Below, in pieces: positions 9,701-19,875 of a stretch of DNA of 64,000 nt; position 1 is the stretch's first letter; each line of letters starts with the position of its first letter. The position numbers and the translations under genes were made by a program. Origin of the DNA: a virus. The stretch lies in the IMG/VR virus record IMGVR_UViG_3300044712_002690, positions 64,001-128,000 of that record; one strand, 5' to 3'. The notes under the pieces were generated by a model. That model worked only from the letters and a program-made list of their open reading frames with translations, was not told the origin of the DNA and made no database searches.

Positions 9701-12421
9701 ATGGGAAGTTATCATAATTCAATTTGTCAAAAATGTGGTTTGTGGGATGGAGTTAAGTCCCCATGTATGGAAGGCAGAGGTAATCCCTCTGCTAAATTGC
9801 TTGTTTTGGGGGAGACTGTTGGTTTCTATGAAGATCAGCAGGGTGTTCCCTTTGTAGGTGAGATTGGACAAAAGTTACAGAATTATCTCAATAAGCTAAA
9901 TGTACAACATTATATTAGTACTGCGATAAAATGTAGACCAACTAAAATTGTACAAAAGCCTAAAGGACCTGTAGCTGAAAATAGAACCCCAACTGGCAGA
10001 GAAATTCAATATTGTTCTGCTAAAACATTTGAATTGATTGATAGAATGAAACCTGAAGTAATTTTAGCTTTAGGTTCAACTCCTCTTAATCAATTACTTC
10101 AACTTGGTATTGGTATGGGTATTGCTAGAGGACGTATTTATTACCATCCTCAACTAGAATGTTATGTTGTACCAACATGGCATCCTTCCTATTTAGCTAA
10201 AACACAGGATCCAATTTATGAAAAGCAATTCTATGAAGATATCAGATTAGCAGCTAGTTTAGTAGCTGCTCCTAAAACTAGAAGAATTGCATCTCGTCCT
10301 ATATCATTATCTTCATCTTTAGATATAGAGAAATATCTAGAGAAACTTAAAACAGTTGAAGAGTTAGCATTTGACTTAGAAACAACAGGATTGAATTGTA
10401 GGACAGATAGAATCACTGACATTTCTTTTTGTCATACACATGGTCAAGGTGTTCATATTAAATGGGAAAATATTCTTCCATATTACTCTACATTAAAAGC
10501 TATATTTGAACGACCTGATCTTAAATTAATTGCGCATAATGGTAGGTTTGACTGTAAGTTTCTTAGAGCTGTAGGAATTAATCCAGCTAATTTTTATTTC
10601 GATACTATGCTTGCTTATCATACGACTACAATGACGTTTGAGGGTGAAGGCAAGACATTATATAGCCTAGAAATTATGTCTTGGTTATTAACTAAAGAAG
10701 GAAACTATAAATCTATTTTAGAGGAATTTGGTGGCATTGCTGGTCATCAAGGAAAGAAAGCTGAAGATGCTAAACCTGAAACTCCTAAAGTATCTAAAAA
10801 GATTAAACCTGTAGTTAGAATACCATTAGTATCTCCAATTGATCCTTTATTTGATTTGCCTGAAGTAGAAGATGTAAATGTTGCTGAAACATTCTTTTCT
10901 CATATTGATTCAAGCAATACAGATACAGCCCTTTTGGATAGCTTTATTCCACAGAAAAGAAGAAGGGTTCCTGTTAATGCACTCACAGGAGAAGAATTTC
11001 ATATTAATGAGGAAGAAGAGCAAACATTAAAAAAATATTCAACATTTGTTCAAGATAAATTAAAGAAAAGAATTACTGATTTAAATCTTGAACCTATTCA
11101 ATACTATGCAGCTATGGATGCTGATGTAACATTTCAGATTTATAAGCAATTAGAGAATGAAATAAACAAGCAATATAAAGAAGTATTTCACAATCTTATA
11201 ATGCCAGTTAATAAAACTCTTCTTAGACTTGAAGAAAATGGTATTTTGTTAGATGTTGAATATGTTGATAAGCTTATTGAAGAGAATACCAAGCAATCAG
11301 CTAAGATCCAGAAAAAAATGTTCGATAAGATAGGATTTGAATTTAACATAGGTTCTGGTAAAGACCTTCAGAAAGTAATTTATGAGCATTTGAAAATACC
11401 AGTAGATAAGAACTTTATGACTAAAGGTGGCAAGAGCGGTAATCAGCAACCTTCTACCGATAAGGAAGCTGTCGAACATTTTGCTAAAAAATATCCTATT
11501 CTAAATGGTATTGTAGAATATAGAAAAATAGAAAAAGAAACATCTACTTATCTTGAAGGATTTAAAAACTTTATTGATCCTGTTACAAAAAGGATTCATC
11601 CTTCGTATTTGCAGCATACTACTGCAACTGGACGGCTTAGTTCACTTCAACCGAACGCTCAGAATATTCCAAAAGATAATCGTATTAGAAATATGATTAT
11701 TCCTAGACCAGGTTGGAAGTTTGTTACAGCAGACTTATCACAAGCAGAACTTCGTATTCTTGCAATGATGTCTGGTGATAAAAAAATGCAGGAAGCATTC
11801 ATAGCAGGATACGACTTTCACACATATACTGCTTGTAACATTATGGGAATTCATGTAGAAGAGTATAGTAAAGAAGATAAAACTCATGTTAAAACCAGAG
11901 GATTAGCAAAGAATGTTAACTTTGGCGTTGTTTATCAGATAAGTGCTCAAGCTCTTTCAGCAGATTTAAATATCTCTTTACAAGAAGCACAAGCATTTAT
12001 TGATAAGTTTTATAATACTTATCCAGATGTAAAAAGGTGGATTGATAGAACGAAAGCATTTGCAGCTAGGCATGGTTATGTTGAAACTCTTTATGGTAGA
12101 CGTAGATATTTACCATTTGCAATGAGTATGAAAGAAGATATTCAAGCAAGAGCTTTACGACAAGCTGTTAATACTCCAATTCAAGGTACAGCTAGTGATT
12201 GTGCTGCATTAGGATTGGTTAGGGTTCAAAATTTTATTGACGAGAATAAGTTAAAGACACAACCTGTTATGATTATTCATGATGAGATTGTTCTTGAAAC
12301 TCCCCCTGAAGAAGTAGATTTGATGTTAGAGAAGTTACCATACTTTATGACAGTAGGATTACCTAAAATAACAATCCCTCTTGTAGCAGATGCAGAAGTA
12401 TTAGAAAGATGGAAAAAGTGA
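9701..12421 (+). CDS. polA: Family A DNA polymerase with N-terminal family-4 uracil-DNA-glycosylase-like domain
   Basis: UDG: CxxC, GE..G..ED, PFVG, KCRP, WHPSY; exonuclease DLETTG, HNGRFD, YAAMDAD; polymerase ADLSQAELR, RGLAKNVNFGVVY, IHDEIV. Confidence 0.93.
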   Translation: MGSYHNSICQKCGLWDGVKSPCMEGRGNPSAKLLVLGETVGFYEDQQGVPFVGEIGQKLQNYLNKLNVQHYISTAIKCRPTKIVQKPKGPVAENRTPTGREIQYCSAKTFELIDRMKPEVILALGSTPLNQLLQLGIGMGIARGRIYYHPQLECYVVPTWHPSYLAKTQDPIYEKQFYEDIRLAASLVAAPKTRRIASRPISLSSSLDIEKYLEKLKTVEELAFDLETTGLNCRTDRITDISFCHTHGQGVHIKWENILPYYSTLKAIFERPDLKLIAHNGRFDCKFLRAVGINPANFYFDTMLAYHTTTMTFEGEGKTLYSLEIMSWLLTKEGNYKSILEEFGGIAGHQGKKAEDAKPETPKVSKKIKPVVRIPLVSPIDPLFDLPEVEDVNVAETFFSHIDSSNTDTALLDSFIPQKRRRVPVNALTGEEFHINEEEEQTLKKYSTFVQDKLKKRITDLNLEPIQYYAAMDADVTFQIYKQLENEINKQYKEVFHNLIMPVNKTLLRLEENGILLDVEYVDKLIEENTKQSAKIQKKMFDKIGFEFNIGSGKDLQKVIYEHLKIPVDKNFMTKGGKSGNQQPSTDKEAVEHFAKKYPILNGIVEYRKIEKETSTYLEGFKNFIDPVTKRIHPSYLQHTTATGRLSSLQPNAQNIPKDNRIRNMIIPRPGWKFVTADLSQAELRILAMMSGDKKMQEAFIAGYDFHTYTACNIMGIHVEEYSKEDKTHVKTRGLAKNVNFGVVYQISAQALSADLNISLQEAQAFIDKFYNTYPDVKRWIDRTKAFAARHGYVETLYGRRRYLPFAMSMKEDIQARALRQAVNTPIQGTASDCAALGLVRVQNFIDENKLKTQPVMIIHDEIVLETPPEEVDLMLEKLPYFMTVGLPKITIPLVADAEVLERWKK

Positions 12422-12428
12422 GGTTTTA

Positions 12429-13541
12429 ATGAAAACGAAGTTAATTACAGAAAAGTTAAATACTTGCCTTTCATATATTGGAATGATTGTTAAAGGTGAT
12501 GGACTAGTTCCTATTTATAATCAAATCCAATTAGATTTTAAAGATAATATTCTTGAAATTTCAGCATATGATAATAGTTATGGTGTTCAAGTTAAATATG
12601 GTAAATGTGAGCATCCTAACGGAAGGTACTTAATTGATGGACCTTCCTTTATTCACCTACTTAAGTTTAGTTCTTCTATTGAAATAGAAGTTGATTTTCA
12701 GGAAGGTCAGTTGGTTGTAAAAGAACAAGGTAATAAATATAACTTTATCTACTTTAAGAATGAGAGAGATGTTGACCTTAGTTATATTTTTACAACATAT
12801 TCTGAATTACCTGAACCTATTGTACAAATAACGTCAAAAGAATTTTCTGAGGTTTATAAATTTCTTAGTCCTACTATTGGACAGGATGTTGCTAGACCTT
12901 TTCTTATGGGAATACAATATGATGGTAATTTTGTAGCTACTGATGGTAATAATTGTGGTGTTTATTCTTACAAACCATTACAAGAGAAAAAGATTTTTTT
13001 ACCAAAAGGTGGACTAGATTTTCTTTGCTCATTTCCTAATGAAGAACCGTTTAGTATTTATGATGTTAATAATATGATTGTGATTGTTTGGAATAATGTA
13101 GAATTTGTTATTCCACAGATAAACGGTGCTTATCCAAATTATCATGTGTTGAGCGAAAGAACAAAGAGTTATCCTTTTACAGTTAAATTAAACAAAGCTG
13201 AATTTTATAGAAGCTGTCAAAAACTTGTTCCTTTTGCAGATAAACATATGCGTAAATTTTGTTCAGCAATATTTATGACGGATGGTTCCGTTCTTATTTC
13301 TGCTGCCTCTGAGGGTACTAAAGCAGGCCAGGAAAGTGTAAAACCCTTAGAAGCTACTGTACCAGATAAAGACCTTTTAATACATCCTAGTATTAAAAAG
13401 TTAGCTGAGTTAATTGCTGCACATTCTTGTGAGAATCTTACTATTAGATTTTCTAGTAATTCAGCAGCCCCACTTGTGCTAACTGATAATAATGTTGGTT
13501 TTCATTATATGAGCGTATTCAATCTAAGTCAGGAAGGCTAA
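12429..13541 (+). CDS. dnaN: DNA polymerase sliding clamp (beta-clamp-like)
   Basis: 370 aa; RPFLMGI, VATDG, INGAYPNY motifs typical of DnaN. Confidence 0.8.
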   Translation: MKTKLITEKLNTCLSYIGMIVKGDGLVPIYNQIQLDFKDNILEISAYDNSYGVQVKYGKCEHPNGRYLIDGPSFIHLLKFSSSIEIEVDFQEGQLVVKEQGNKYNFIYFKNERDVDLSYIFTTYSELPEPIVQITSKEFSEVYKFLSPTIGQDVARPFLMGIQYDGNFVATDGNNCGVYSYKPLQEKKIFLPKGGLDFLCSFPNEEPFSIYDVNNMIVIVWNNVEFVIPQINGAYPNYHVLSERTKSYPFTVKLNKAEFYRSCQKLVPFADKHMRKFCSAIFMTDGSVLISAASEGTKAGQESVKPLEATVPDKDLLIHPSIKKLAELIAAHSCENLTIRFSSNSAAPLVLTDNNVGFHYMSVFNLSQEG

Positions 13542-13542
13542 T

Positions 13543-14007
13543 ATGAAAATTTCAAAGATATTTAAAACTGAGACAAGTCATATTGTAAGAGATGCTGTTT
13601 ATGTTAGGTGTAGAGAAACGCCGCATGGTCATTCTTACAAATGGATTGTAACTGTTGAAGGGCCCGTTCAGTCAAATGGTATGGTAATTGATTTTAAAGA
13701 ACTTAGTTTTGCAAAGGATTTTATTGATCTATTTGACCATTCAATAGTTTTTTGGTCTAAAGAAGATCCTATTATCCTTGAATTCTTTTTGAAGAATTTT
13801 AAAAGAGTTCTTGTAATGAATAAAAATACTACTGCAGAAAATATGGCAAAGTTAGTATTTAAGAGCCTATCTGATATTATAGAAGATAAGTTTCGACATG
13901 TAAAACTTGTTCAAGTTGATGTGTGGGAAACTGAAAATAGTTATGCTTCTGCTACATATTGCGATGAAGAAGATACATTTAGTTATATTCACAAAGACCA
14001 AAGTTAG
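13543..14007 (+). CDS. queD: 6-carboxytetrahydropterin synthase QueD
   Basis: C-x3-HGHSY, GMVIDF, FDHS, TTAENMA, WETENS. Confidence 0.92.
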   Translation: MKISKIFKTETSHIVRDAVYVRCRETPHGHSYKWIVTVEGPVQSNGMVIDFKELSFAKDFIDLFDHSIVFWSKEDPIILEFFLKNFKRVLVMNKNTTAENMAKLVFKSLSDIIEDKFRHVKLVQVDVWETENSYASATYCDEEDTFSYIHKDQS

Positions 14008-14016
14008 GATAATATT

Positions 14017-14466
14017 ATGACAGAAGCATTTATTTGTTGGGAAGACATTTCTACATATCTACTTAAATCTAAGTTTGATTGTTCTCCTGATGTAATAATT
14101 GGAGTACATCGAGGTGGGCTCCCTATAGGAGTAACGCTTAGTCATAGATTTGAAAAGCCTTTAGATTCTTTTCATGTATCGAGATATGACAGAAAATCAG
14201 AAATCGTTAGATGTCATTTAGATGCGAAATCTCATTATAACGAAGTTCTTTTAGTAGATGACATATCTGATAGTGGTGAGAGTTTAATTACTGCTATAAA
14301 ATATCTACATGAAAATTATTCGATAGGTACAATTAAAACATTATGTTATTGTATTAAAAAAGATACAAAATTTATTCCAGATTTTTATAATGAGACATTT
14401 GAGAGTAATATTTGGATAGTATTTCCTTGGGAAAATTATCTTAAGATAGGTGATTCTAATGAGTGA
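14017..14466 (+). CDS. Type I phosphoribosyltransferase (Gpt-like)
   Basis: GVHRGGL, PRPP-binding VLLVDDISDSGES, C-terminal WIVFPWE. Confidence 0.88.
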   Translation: MTEAFICWEDISTYLLKSKFDCSPDVIIGVHRGGLPIGVTLSHRFEKPLDSFHVSRYDRKSEIVRCHLDAKSHYNEVLLVDDISDSGESLITAIKYLHENYSIGTIKTLCYCIKKDTKFIPDFYNETFESNIWIVFPWENYLKIGDSNE

Positions 14467-15136
14467 ATATAAATTAAAAATTACTGAAATTTTTACATCA
14501 ATTCAAGGAGAAGGACCCCATATGGGTTATCCTTCCCACTTTATCCGCCTGTATGGCTGTTCTATGGGGTGTGCTTGGTGTGATACAAAGTATTCTTGGA
14601 AAGAGTACGAGGAAATGTCTTTGGAGGATCTAACTACCGTTTTAAAGCTATTAAAAGAATCTTACACTAATATTAATAATGTAGTAATAACAGGCGGAGA
14701 ACCTTTAGAGCAGAATATCCAGTCATTAGTTGAACTTTGCCATTCTTTTGATTTAGATGTAGAAGTAGAAACAAATGGTGATCTTAGTAAATCTGCTACA
14801 GAAGAATTACCTGATGTAGATATATATATTGTATCACCTAAATTTTTAAGTGATAAACATATCGAAAAATATACTCAAGAAGTAGTAGATAAGTTTCTTG
14901 AAAAGTTTGTTTGGTTTAAATTTGTTTGTGCTTCTATAGATGATGTTAATTTTGTTTCTGACTTTTGTCAAAAAAGAGATATTCCAAAAGAAAGTGTCTG
15001 GATAATGCCAAAAGGAATAACTAATGAAGAAGTGACACAATCAAGTAAAGCAATTGTCAATTCTTGTTTAAGTTGTGGTTACAAACTTTCCGCTAGAATG
15101 CATATATCAATCTGGGATGGAAAGCGCGGAGTATAA
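14450..15136 (+). CDS. queE: 7-carboxy-7-deazaguanine synthase QueE (radical SAM)
   Basis: EIFTSIQGEG, FIRLYGCSMGCAWCDTKY, TGGEPL, ETNG. Confidence 0.93.
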   Translation: MILMSEYKLKITEIFTSIQGEGPHMGYPSHFIRLYGCSMGCAWCDTKYSWKEYEEMSLEDLTTVLKLLKESYTNINNVVITGGEPLEQNIQSLVELCHSFDLDVEVETNGDLSKSATEELPDVDIYIVSPKFLSDKHIEKYTQEVVDKFLEKFVWFKFVCASIDDVNFVSDFCQKRDIPKESVWIMPKGITNEEVTQSSKAIVNSCLSCGYKLSARMHISIWDGKRGV

Positions 15137-15159
15137 TTATATTAAAGGAGGCCCATACT

Positions 15160-15825
15160 ATGGGAAGATCTGAAAATTGTGTAGTGCTACTATCTGGAGG
15201 ATTAGATTCCACAGTAATGTTGTATTGGGTTAAAGAGAGATATGATAAAGTGTATCCTCTTTATGTTAATTATGGTTCAAGTCATAGGGAAAAAGAATAT
15301 GCTGCTGCATTGAAAACATGCGAAGAATTTAATCTTACTCTTGAGACTGTAAAACTCGAAGGTAATATTCTCAGTGGTTCATCTCTTGTTGACAGTGCTG
15401 TTTCTACTCCTAGTGATTTGAAAGATACAATTAACACAGTTGTTCCATTTAGAAATATTATTATGCTTAGTCTTGCTGCTAGTTATGCTGACAAAGTAAA
15501 TGCCGGTGTTATAGCTACTTCACCAACTAAAGAGGATTTTGAAGTTTTCCGTGATTGTAGAAGAATTTTCCACGATCAATTGGAAGTTGTGCTGAGAACA
15601 GCAGCAAAATTTGATCAACCTTATCAAATTCTTACTCCCTTTATTAATAACACAAAGGATGAAGTTATTGCTATTGGAGTTGGTTTAGATGTAGATTTTT
15701 CTAAGACTTGGACATGTTATTCACCAAAGAATGACAAACCTTGTGGTGTATGCCCTTCATGTCAAGTAAGAGAAAAAGGGTTTAAACTTGCTGGCATTCC
15801 AGATCCACTTATTACGGAGAAATAA
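15160..15825 (+). CDS. queC: 7-cyano-7-deazaguanine synthase QueC
   Basis: LLSGGLDS, VPFRN, TWTCY...CGVCPSCQVR. Confidence 0.93.
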   Translation: MGRSENCVVLLSGGLDSTVMLYWVKERYDKVYPLYVNYGSSHREKEYAAALKTCEEFNLTLETVKLEGNILSGSSLVDSAVSTPSDLKDTINTVVPFRNIIMLSLAASYADKVNAGVIATSPTKEDFEVFRDCRRIFHDQLEVVLRTAAKFDQPYQILTPFINNTKDEVIAIGVGLDVDFSKTWTCYSPKNDKPCGVCPSCQVREKGFKLAGIPDPLITEK

Positions 15826-15826
15826 C

Positions 15827-16450
15827 ATGCATATTCATTTTCATGACGAACAAGAAGAAATTAGATATAATGGGGACCAACTTAAAAGTTTGTTTCCTTA
15901 TTCTATTTCAAAAGTAAAAGGTGATTGTCTTGTAGCCTTTTTTGGTCAAATGGATGTAAGAACAGATCATATGGTTGATATGGAAGATGTACTTCAATCT
16001 GACTATATTTGGTCTCCACTTGCATTTAATATGGTTGTAGAGATTTTCCATATTGGAATTGAGTCTGCAGTTCTTTATCAACGATCACTAATGCAAATAG
16101 CTACTGAAACGTTGAGAGACTTTTTGGTTTATCATAATATTGCTTCTGCTGATATTAAGCTAGAAGGCGATGACATTATGGTTAAATTTCTAGGACCTAA
16201 AGAAGATGATAAGTATGGAGTATGGAAAAAACTTTCTGTTTCAATTGCTACAGTAAGTCATATTTCAGGTCTTATCCATTCTGCTCTTAATGTTGATGTA
16301 GATGATAAAATTCCTGTTCCTGCAACTGGACTTCGTGATATTCTTATTGAAAGTAGTATAATTGTAGAATACTGCAAAGAAGTTTGCAACAGGTTTAAAG
16401 ATTTTGTTCATTCAGTTAAATTGGCTTCAGTTAAAGTAAAAGGTGTTTAA
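15827..16450 (+). CDS. DUF366 family protein (biotin/lipoate-ligase-like fold)
   Basis: YNGDQL, MVDMEDV, GDDI, KKLSVSIAT...GLIH motifs; ATG at 15827 preferred. Confidence 0.75.
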   Translation: MHIHFHDEQEEIRYNGDQLKSLFPYSISKVKGDCLVAFFGQMDVRTDHMVDMEDVLQSDYIWSPLAFNMVVEIFHIGIESAVLYQRSLMQIATETLRDFLVYHNIASADIKLEGDDIMVKFLGPKEDDKYGVWKKLSVSIATVSHISGLIHSALNVDVDDKIPVPATGLRDILIESSIIVEYCKEVCNRFKDFVHSVKLASVKVKGV

Positions 16451-17069
16451 TATGGCAGAATTAAAAGATTTACTTGACGTTCCTGCATTCAATGATAAAA
16501 TGGTTAAGGGAGCTTCTCTTTTGTTAGAAGGACTTATGGAAACCACTGGTTCTTCCATTGACATTACATCAGACGAAAATTTTAAAAAGACTCCTTATCG
16601 AATTGCAAAATCTTATCTTGAAATGTGTCAAGGTCTATCTCAGTTATCAGAAGTTAAAGATATACTAGCTACTAATTTTCCTAGTGATTATCATGGAATG
16701 ATTGTTATTGATTCAATTGATGCATTTTCGATGTGCCCGCATCATTTTTTACCAGTACAATATAAGATAGATTTTGGATATATTCCTCATAATAAGATGT
16801 TGGGTCTTTCAAAGATACCTAGATTTATTAAGTTACTTTCAAAAAGACCTGCGTTGCAAGAGGATTTGACTAAAGAAATTATTACTTACTTTGTAGATTA
16901 TGTGCAACCTGAAGGAGCAATAGTAACTCTTAGGGGTGTTCATAATTGTATGGTGTGTAGGGGAGTTGGAGCAGTTAACTCAGGTGCAATTACTAGTGAG
17001 ATTTTCGGTAGTTTTGAGAAAATTGAAACTAGATCAGAATTTTTGCAGTTGATTCAGCATAAGAGATAA
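16443..17069 (+). CDS. folE: GTP cyclohydrolase I
   Basis: TPYRIAK, SMCPHHFLP, GLSKIPR, LQEDLT, HNCMVCRG. Confidence 0.93.
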   Translation: MFNMAELKDLLDVPAFNDKMVKGASLLLEGLMETTGSSIDITSDENFKKTPYRIAKSYLEMCQGLSQLSEVKDILATNFPSDYHGMIVIDSIDAFSMCPHHFLPVQYKIDFGYIPHNKMLGLSKIPRFIKLLSKRPALQEDLTKEIITYFVDYVQPEGAIVTLRGVHNCMVCRGVGAVNSGAITSEIFGSFEKIETRSEFLQLIQHKR

Positions 17070-17071
17070 TT

Positions 17072-17302
17072 GTGTTCAAGAAAAAATCTAAGCTTAAAAA
17101 ATCCTGTGAGATTCCGGAGGGGGAATTACTGCCAATTTCCCCTCATAGAGTATTAGATATTTTTAAAGACCCAAAAATTGCAACAAGTTATGAAATTCAA
17201 GTATTATCTAAAACATATCTTGAATTGTTTTCAATGATTGTAGAAAGTATTGAAGAAGAAGTCATAGAAGCTGTAGGTTCTGGTGATATTCCTCTTCATT
17301 AA
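17072..17302 (+). CDS. Hypothetical protein inside the deazaguanine cluster
   Basis: Short ORF packed between folE and queF. Confidence 0.5.
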   Translation: MFKKKSKLKKSCEIPEGELLPISPHRVLDIFKDPKIATSYEIQVLSKTYLELFSMIVESIEEEVIEAVGSGDIPLH

Positions 17303-17314
17303 AGGAAGTATAAT

Positions 17315-18463
17315 ATGAAAATTCAATGTGATCCTATTCTTTATGGATTAGCAGTAAAGAAAATACGTAAAGCTAATCATAAATGTGAACTCACAGGAAA
17401 AGAGATTTCTTTAGAAACTTGTTATGTTAATAGTAAATATGATTCAGCTGAAATTCTTGATTACATTAAACAGGATATGGAAGCCTTTTATTGGATTTTT
17501 GATAGAATGTGGGAGGATTGGCTAGGTGTTTTTTCATTAGATACAGCACATTTATTTAAATCACATCCTCTAGATGATTATGCAAAAAAAATTATTGATA
17601 AAGTACTTGTTAATATGAAAACTCCTTTAGGAGCAAGAACAGAGTACATTAATCAATACGATCCTACATTACTTTTACCTGTTTTAAGAGAACCTACTCG
17701 TGAATCTATCGGGTATGAATTAGATCATATTCCTTTTAGAGGAATTGATGTGTGGAATGGTTATGAATTATCCTATTTAGACAAAACTGGAAAACCTGAG
17801 ACTAAAATGATCAGGTTAGCTTATGATTCTGACAGTGATTCTATCATTGAATCTAAATCTTTAAAACTATATTTTAATTCTTTTAATAATACTGTAGTGG
17901 AAGATCTCAATAGAGGATCAATTATAGATATTATAAAAGAAGATTTGACAAATACGATTAAATGCAACACAATTGCAGCAGAATTTGTTCAAAATAGTGT
18001 ATTTGCTTCTGATTCTAAATATACTTGTATAGATGATCTTACATGTGACAGTTATGGATATGAGTATAATCCTGATATTTTATCATTAAAACCCACAGAA
18101 GATAGAAAACCGATTTATATTTATTCAAATATGCTAAAATCTAATTGTAGACACAGTGGTTTGCCAGATTGGGGTACTGCTTATATTTCTTATCTACCCA
18201 CAACTGCTGTATTAGATAACAAATCACTATTACAGTATTTAATTTCATTTAGAAATCATAAAGAATTTCATGAAGAGTGCTGTGAACGCATCCTCCATGA
18301 TTTAATGTTTAAATTATCTCCAGATTGGCTTCGTGTTGAACTTCGTTATACTCGTAGGGGAGGACTTGACATCAATCCGATCCGTGTATATGATAGAGTA
18401 AATACTTATTCTTATGATTTTTATTCAGAATATTCTTCTTATAAAAGAGAAATGAGACAATAA
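17315..18463 (+). CDS. queF: preQ0 reductase QueF (bimodular type II) with N-terminal extension
   Basis: PLG...YDPTLL, WNGYELSYL...GKP, ESKSLKLYFNSFN, KSNC...PDWG, EFHEECCERI, YTRRGGLDINP. Confidence 0.92.
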   Translation: MKIQCDPILYGLAVKKIRKANHKCELTGKEISLETCYVNSKYDSAEILDYIKQDMEAFYWIFDRMWEDWLGVFSLDTAHLFKSHPLDDYAKKIIDKVLVNMKTPLGARTEYINQYDPTLLLPVLREPTRESIGYELDHIPFRGIDVWNGYELSYLDKTGKPETKMIRLAYDSDSDSIIESKSLKLYFNSFNNTVVEDLNRGSIIDIIKEDLTNTIKCNTIAAEFVQNSVFASDSKYTCIDDLTCDSYGYEYNPDILSLKPTEDRKPIYIYSNMLKSNCRHSGLPDWGTAYISYLPTTAVLDNKSLLQYLISFRNHKEFHEECCERILHDLMFKLSPDWLRVELRYTRRGGLDINPIRVYDRVNTYSYDFYSEYSSYKREMRQ

Positions 18464-18522
18464 GTAGAAAATACAGTTGTCTTGATATTTTATAGTATAA
18501 TTAATAGCCGTAGGAGTAAAAC

Positions 18523-19548
18523 TTGAGACTTGTAGCAAGCGCATTTATTCGATACTACCACATTTGTAAGTATCTAGGTGTAAAAAATCTACTTGCTTCA
18601 AAACACTATCCTGAACAAGTACAAAAAGCTATTGACTATGCTATAGGAACAGATAATATAAACCCTCTTACTAAAGGAAAAGATCAAGGTGTTGAAGATA
18701 CTACTTTAATTGTAGACTCTGGAGCATTTTCTGTTTGGAATGCTGGAGGTGAACTTCATCTTGATGATTATTTAGTATTTTTAAGAGATTTTGATAAAAA
18801 GCATCGTTCTAAGTTTAAAGAAGTATGGTATGTTAACTTAGACGTTATTCCTGGTAAGCAAGGTGAATCTCCAACACCTGATCAAATTGCAAAAGCATGC
18901 GAAGACGGTTATAAAAATTATGAAATAATGAGGAATGAATTTGACAATGTAATTCATGTTTATCACGAAGGTGATGATCCTGATTATCTTAGAAAAATGA
19001 TTAATGAAGGAGCTAAATATATTGGTATATCTCCTTCTAATGATGTTATGACTGGACCAAGACAAGTATGGCTGGATCAAGCATTCCATAAATTAAAAGA
19101 ACATCCTCATATTAGAACGCATGGTTTTGCTGTCACTTCATTTGAGCTAATGAAAACATTTGATTGGTTTAGTGTTGACTCAACAAGCTGGTTTATGATT
19201 GGAATGTACGGTAAATTATGTATTCCTCTTGATAGACAAGGTCATTTATTTTTAGGTGAAGGCGATCTCGTACATAAAAAAGAAGTTAGTATTTCTGAAA
19301 GAAAAAAGAAAAGCGCTGACGGATATCTTACTTTAAGAAATTCAACTAGACCAGGTGATAGAGCATTTATTACTGAAGTAGTAGATAAGTATATTGATCA
19401 TCTTTGTAAAATACATCCTATTACACCTGAAAAATTATTTGATGAGAGAAATGAAGCACGCGTATTAGCTAATCTTGCAATGTTTTTACAATTTGAAAAA
19501 CAAGGAAGAATAGCACCTAAACTTGAACCTTTATTTGACGATCTATAG
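18523..19548 (+). CDS. dpdA: DpdA-like (TGT-fold) 7-deazaguanine DNA transglycosylase
   Basis: IVDSGAFS, NLDVIPG, VYHEGD, HGFAVT, SVDSTSW; follows que genes; TTG start with AGGAG RBS. Confidence 0.7.
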   Translation: MRLVASAFIRYYHICKYLGVKNLLASKHYPEQVQKAIDYAIGTDNINPLTKGKDQGVEDTTLIVDSGAFSVWNAGGELHLDDYLVFLRDFDKKHRSKFKEVWYVNLDVIPGKQGESPTPDQIAKACEDGYKNYEIMRNEFDNVIHVYHEGDDPDYLRKMINEGAKYIGISPSNDVMTGPRQVWLDQAFHKLKEHPHIRTHGFAVTSFELMKTFDWFSVDSTSWFMIGMYGKLCIPLDRQGHLFLGEGDLVHKKEVSISERKKKSADGYLTLRNSTRPGDRAFITEVVDKYIDHLCKIHPITPEKLFDERNEARVLANLAMFLQFEKQGRIAPKLEPLFDDL

Positions 19549-19867
19549 GAGGGATATGGAAACGCTTGGGAAGCCTCAAATTGACCCAGAAGTCATTAAG
19601 AATCTGGTTTTTTATTTTATGTGGTCTATTCATTTGATTAGTAAAGGATGTCCAGAAAGTGTAGCAACTACTACTCTTAACAGTTATATTGATGATTTAA
19701 AAACACATGTTAGGGGTTTTACGCATCCAGAACATTTAGCAAATCATTTGCAAGAAGCATATTCTAGGATTCCATCTTCTTTCCTTGAAGCTCATGAAAT
19801 ACCTAGTCATTTAGGTGATGGAATTAGAACGATTGATGTTAATTATTCCTGGGTTAAAAAATTATAG
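19523..19867 (+). CDS. Hypothetical protein
   Basis: ORF in operon; probable start at METLGK after GGAGG. Confidence 0.55.
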   Translation: MNLYLTIYRRDMETLGKPQIDPEVIKNLVFYFMWSIHLISKGCPESVATTTLNSYIDDLKTHVRGFTHPEHLANHLQEAYSRIPSSFLEAHEIPSHLGDGIRTIDVNYSWVKKL

Positions 19868-19875
19868 GAGGCCTC

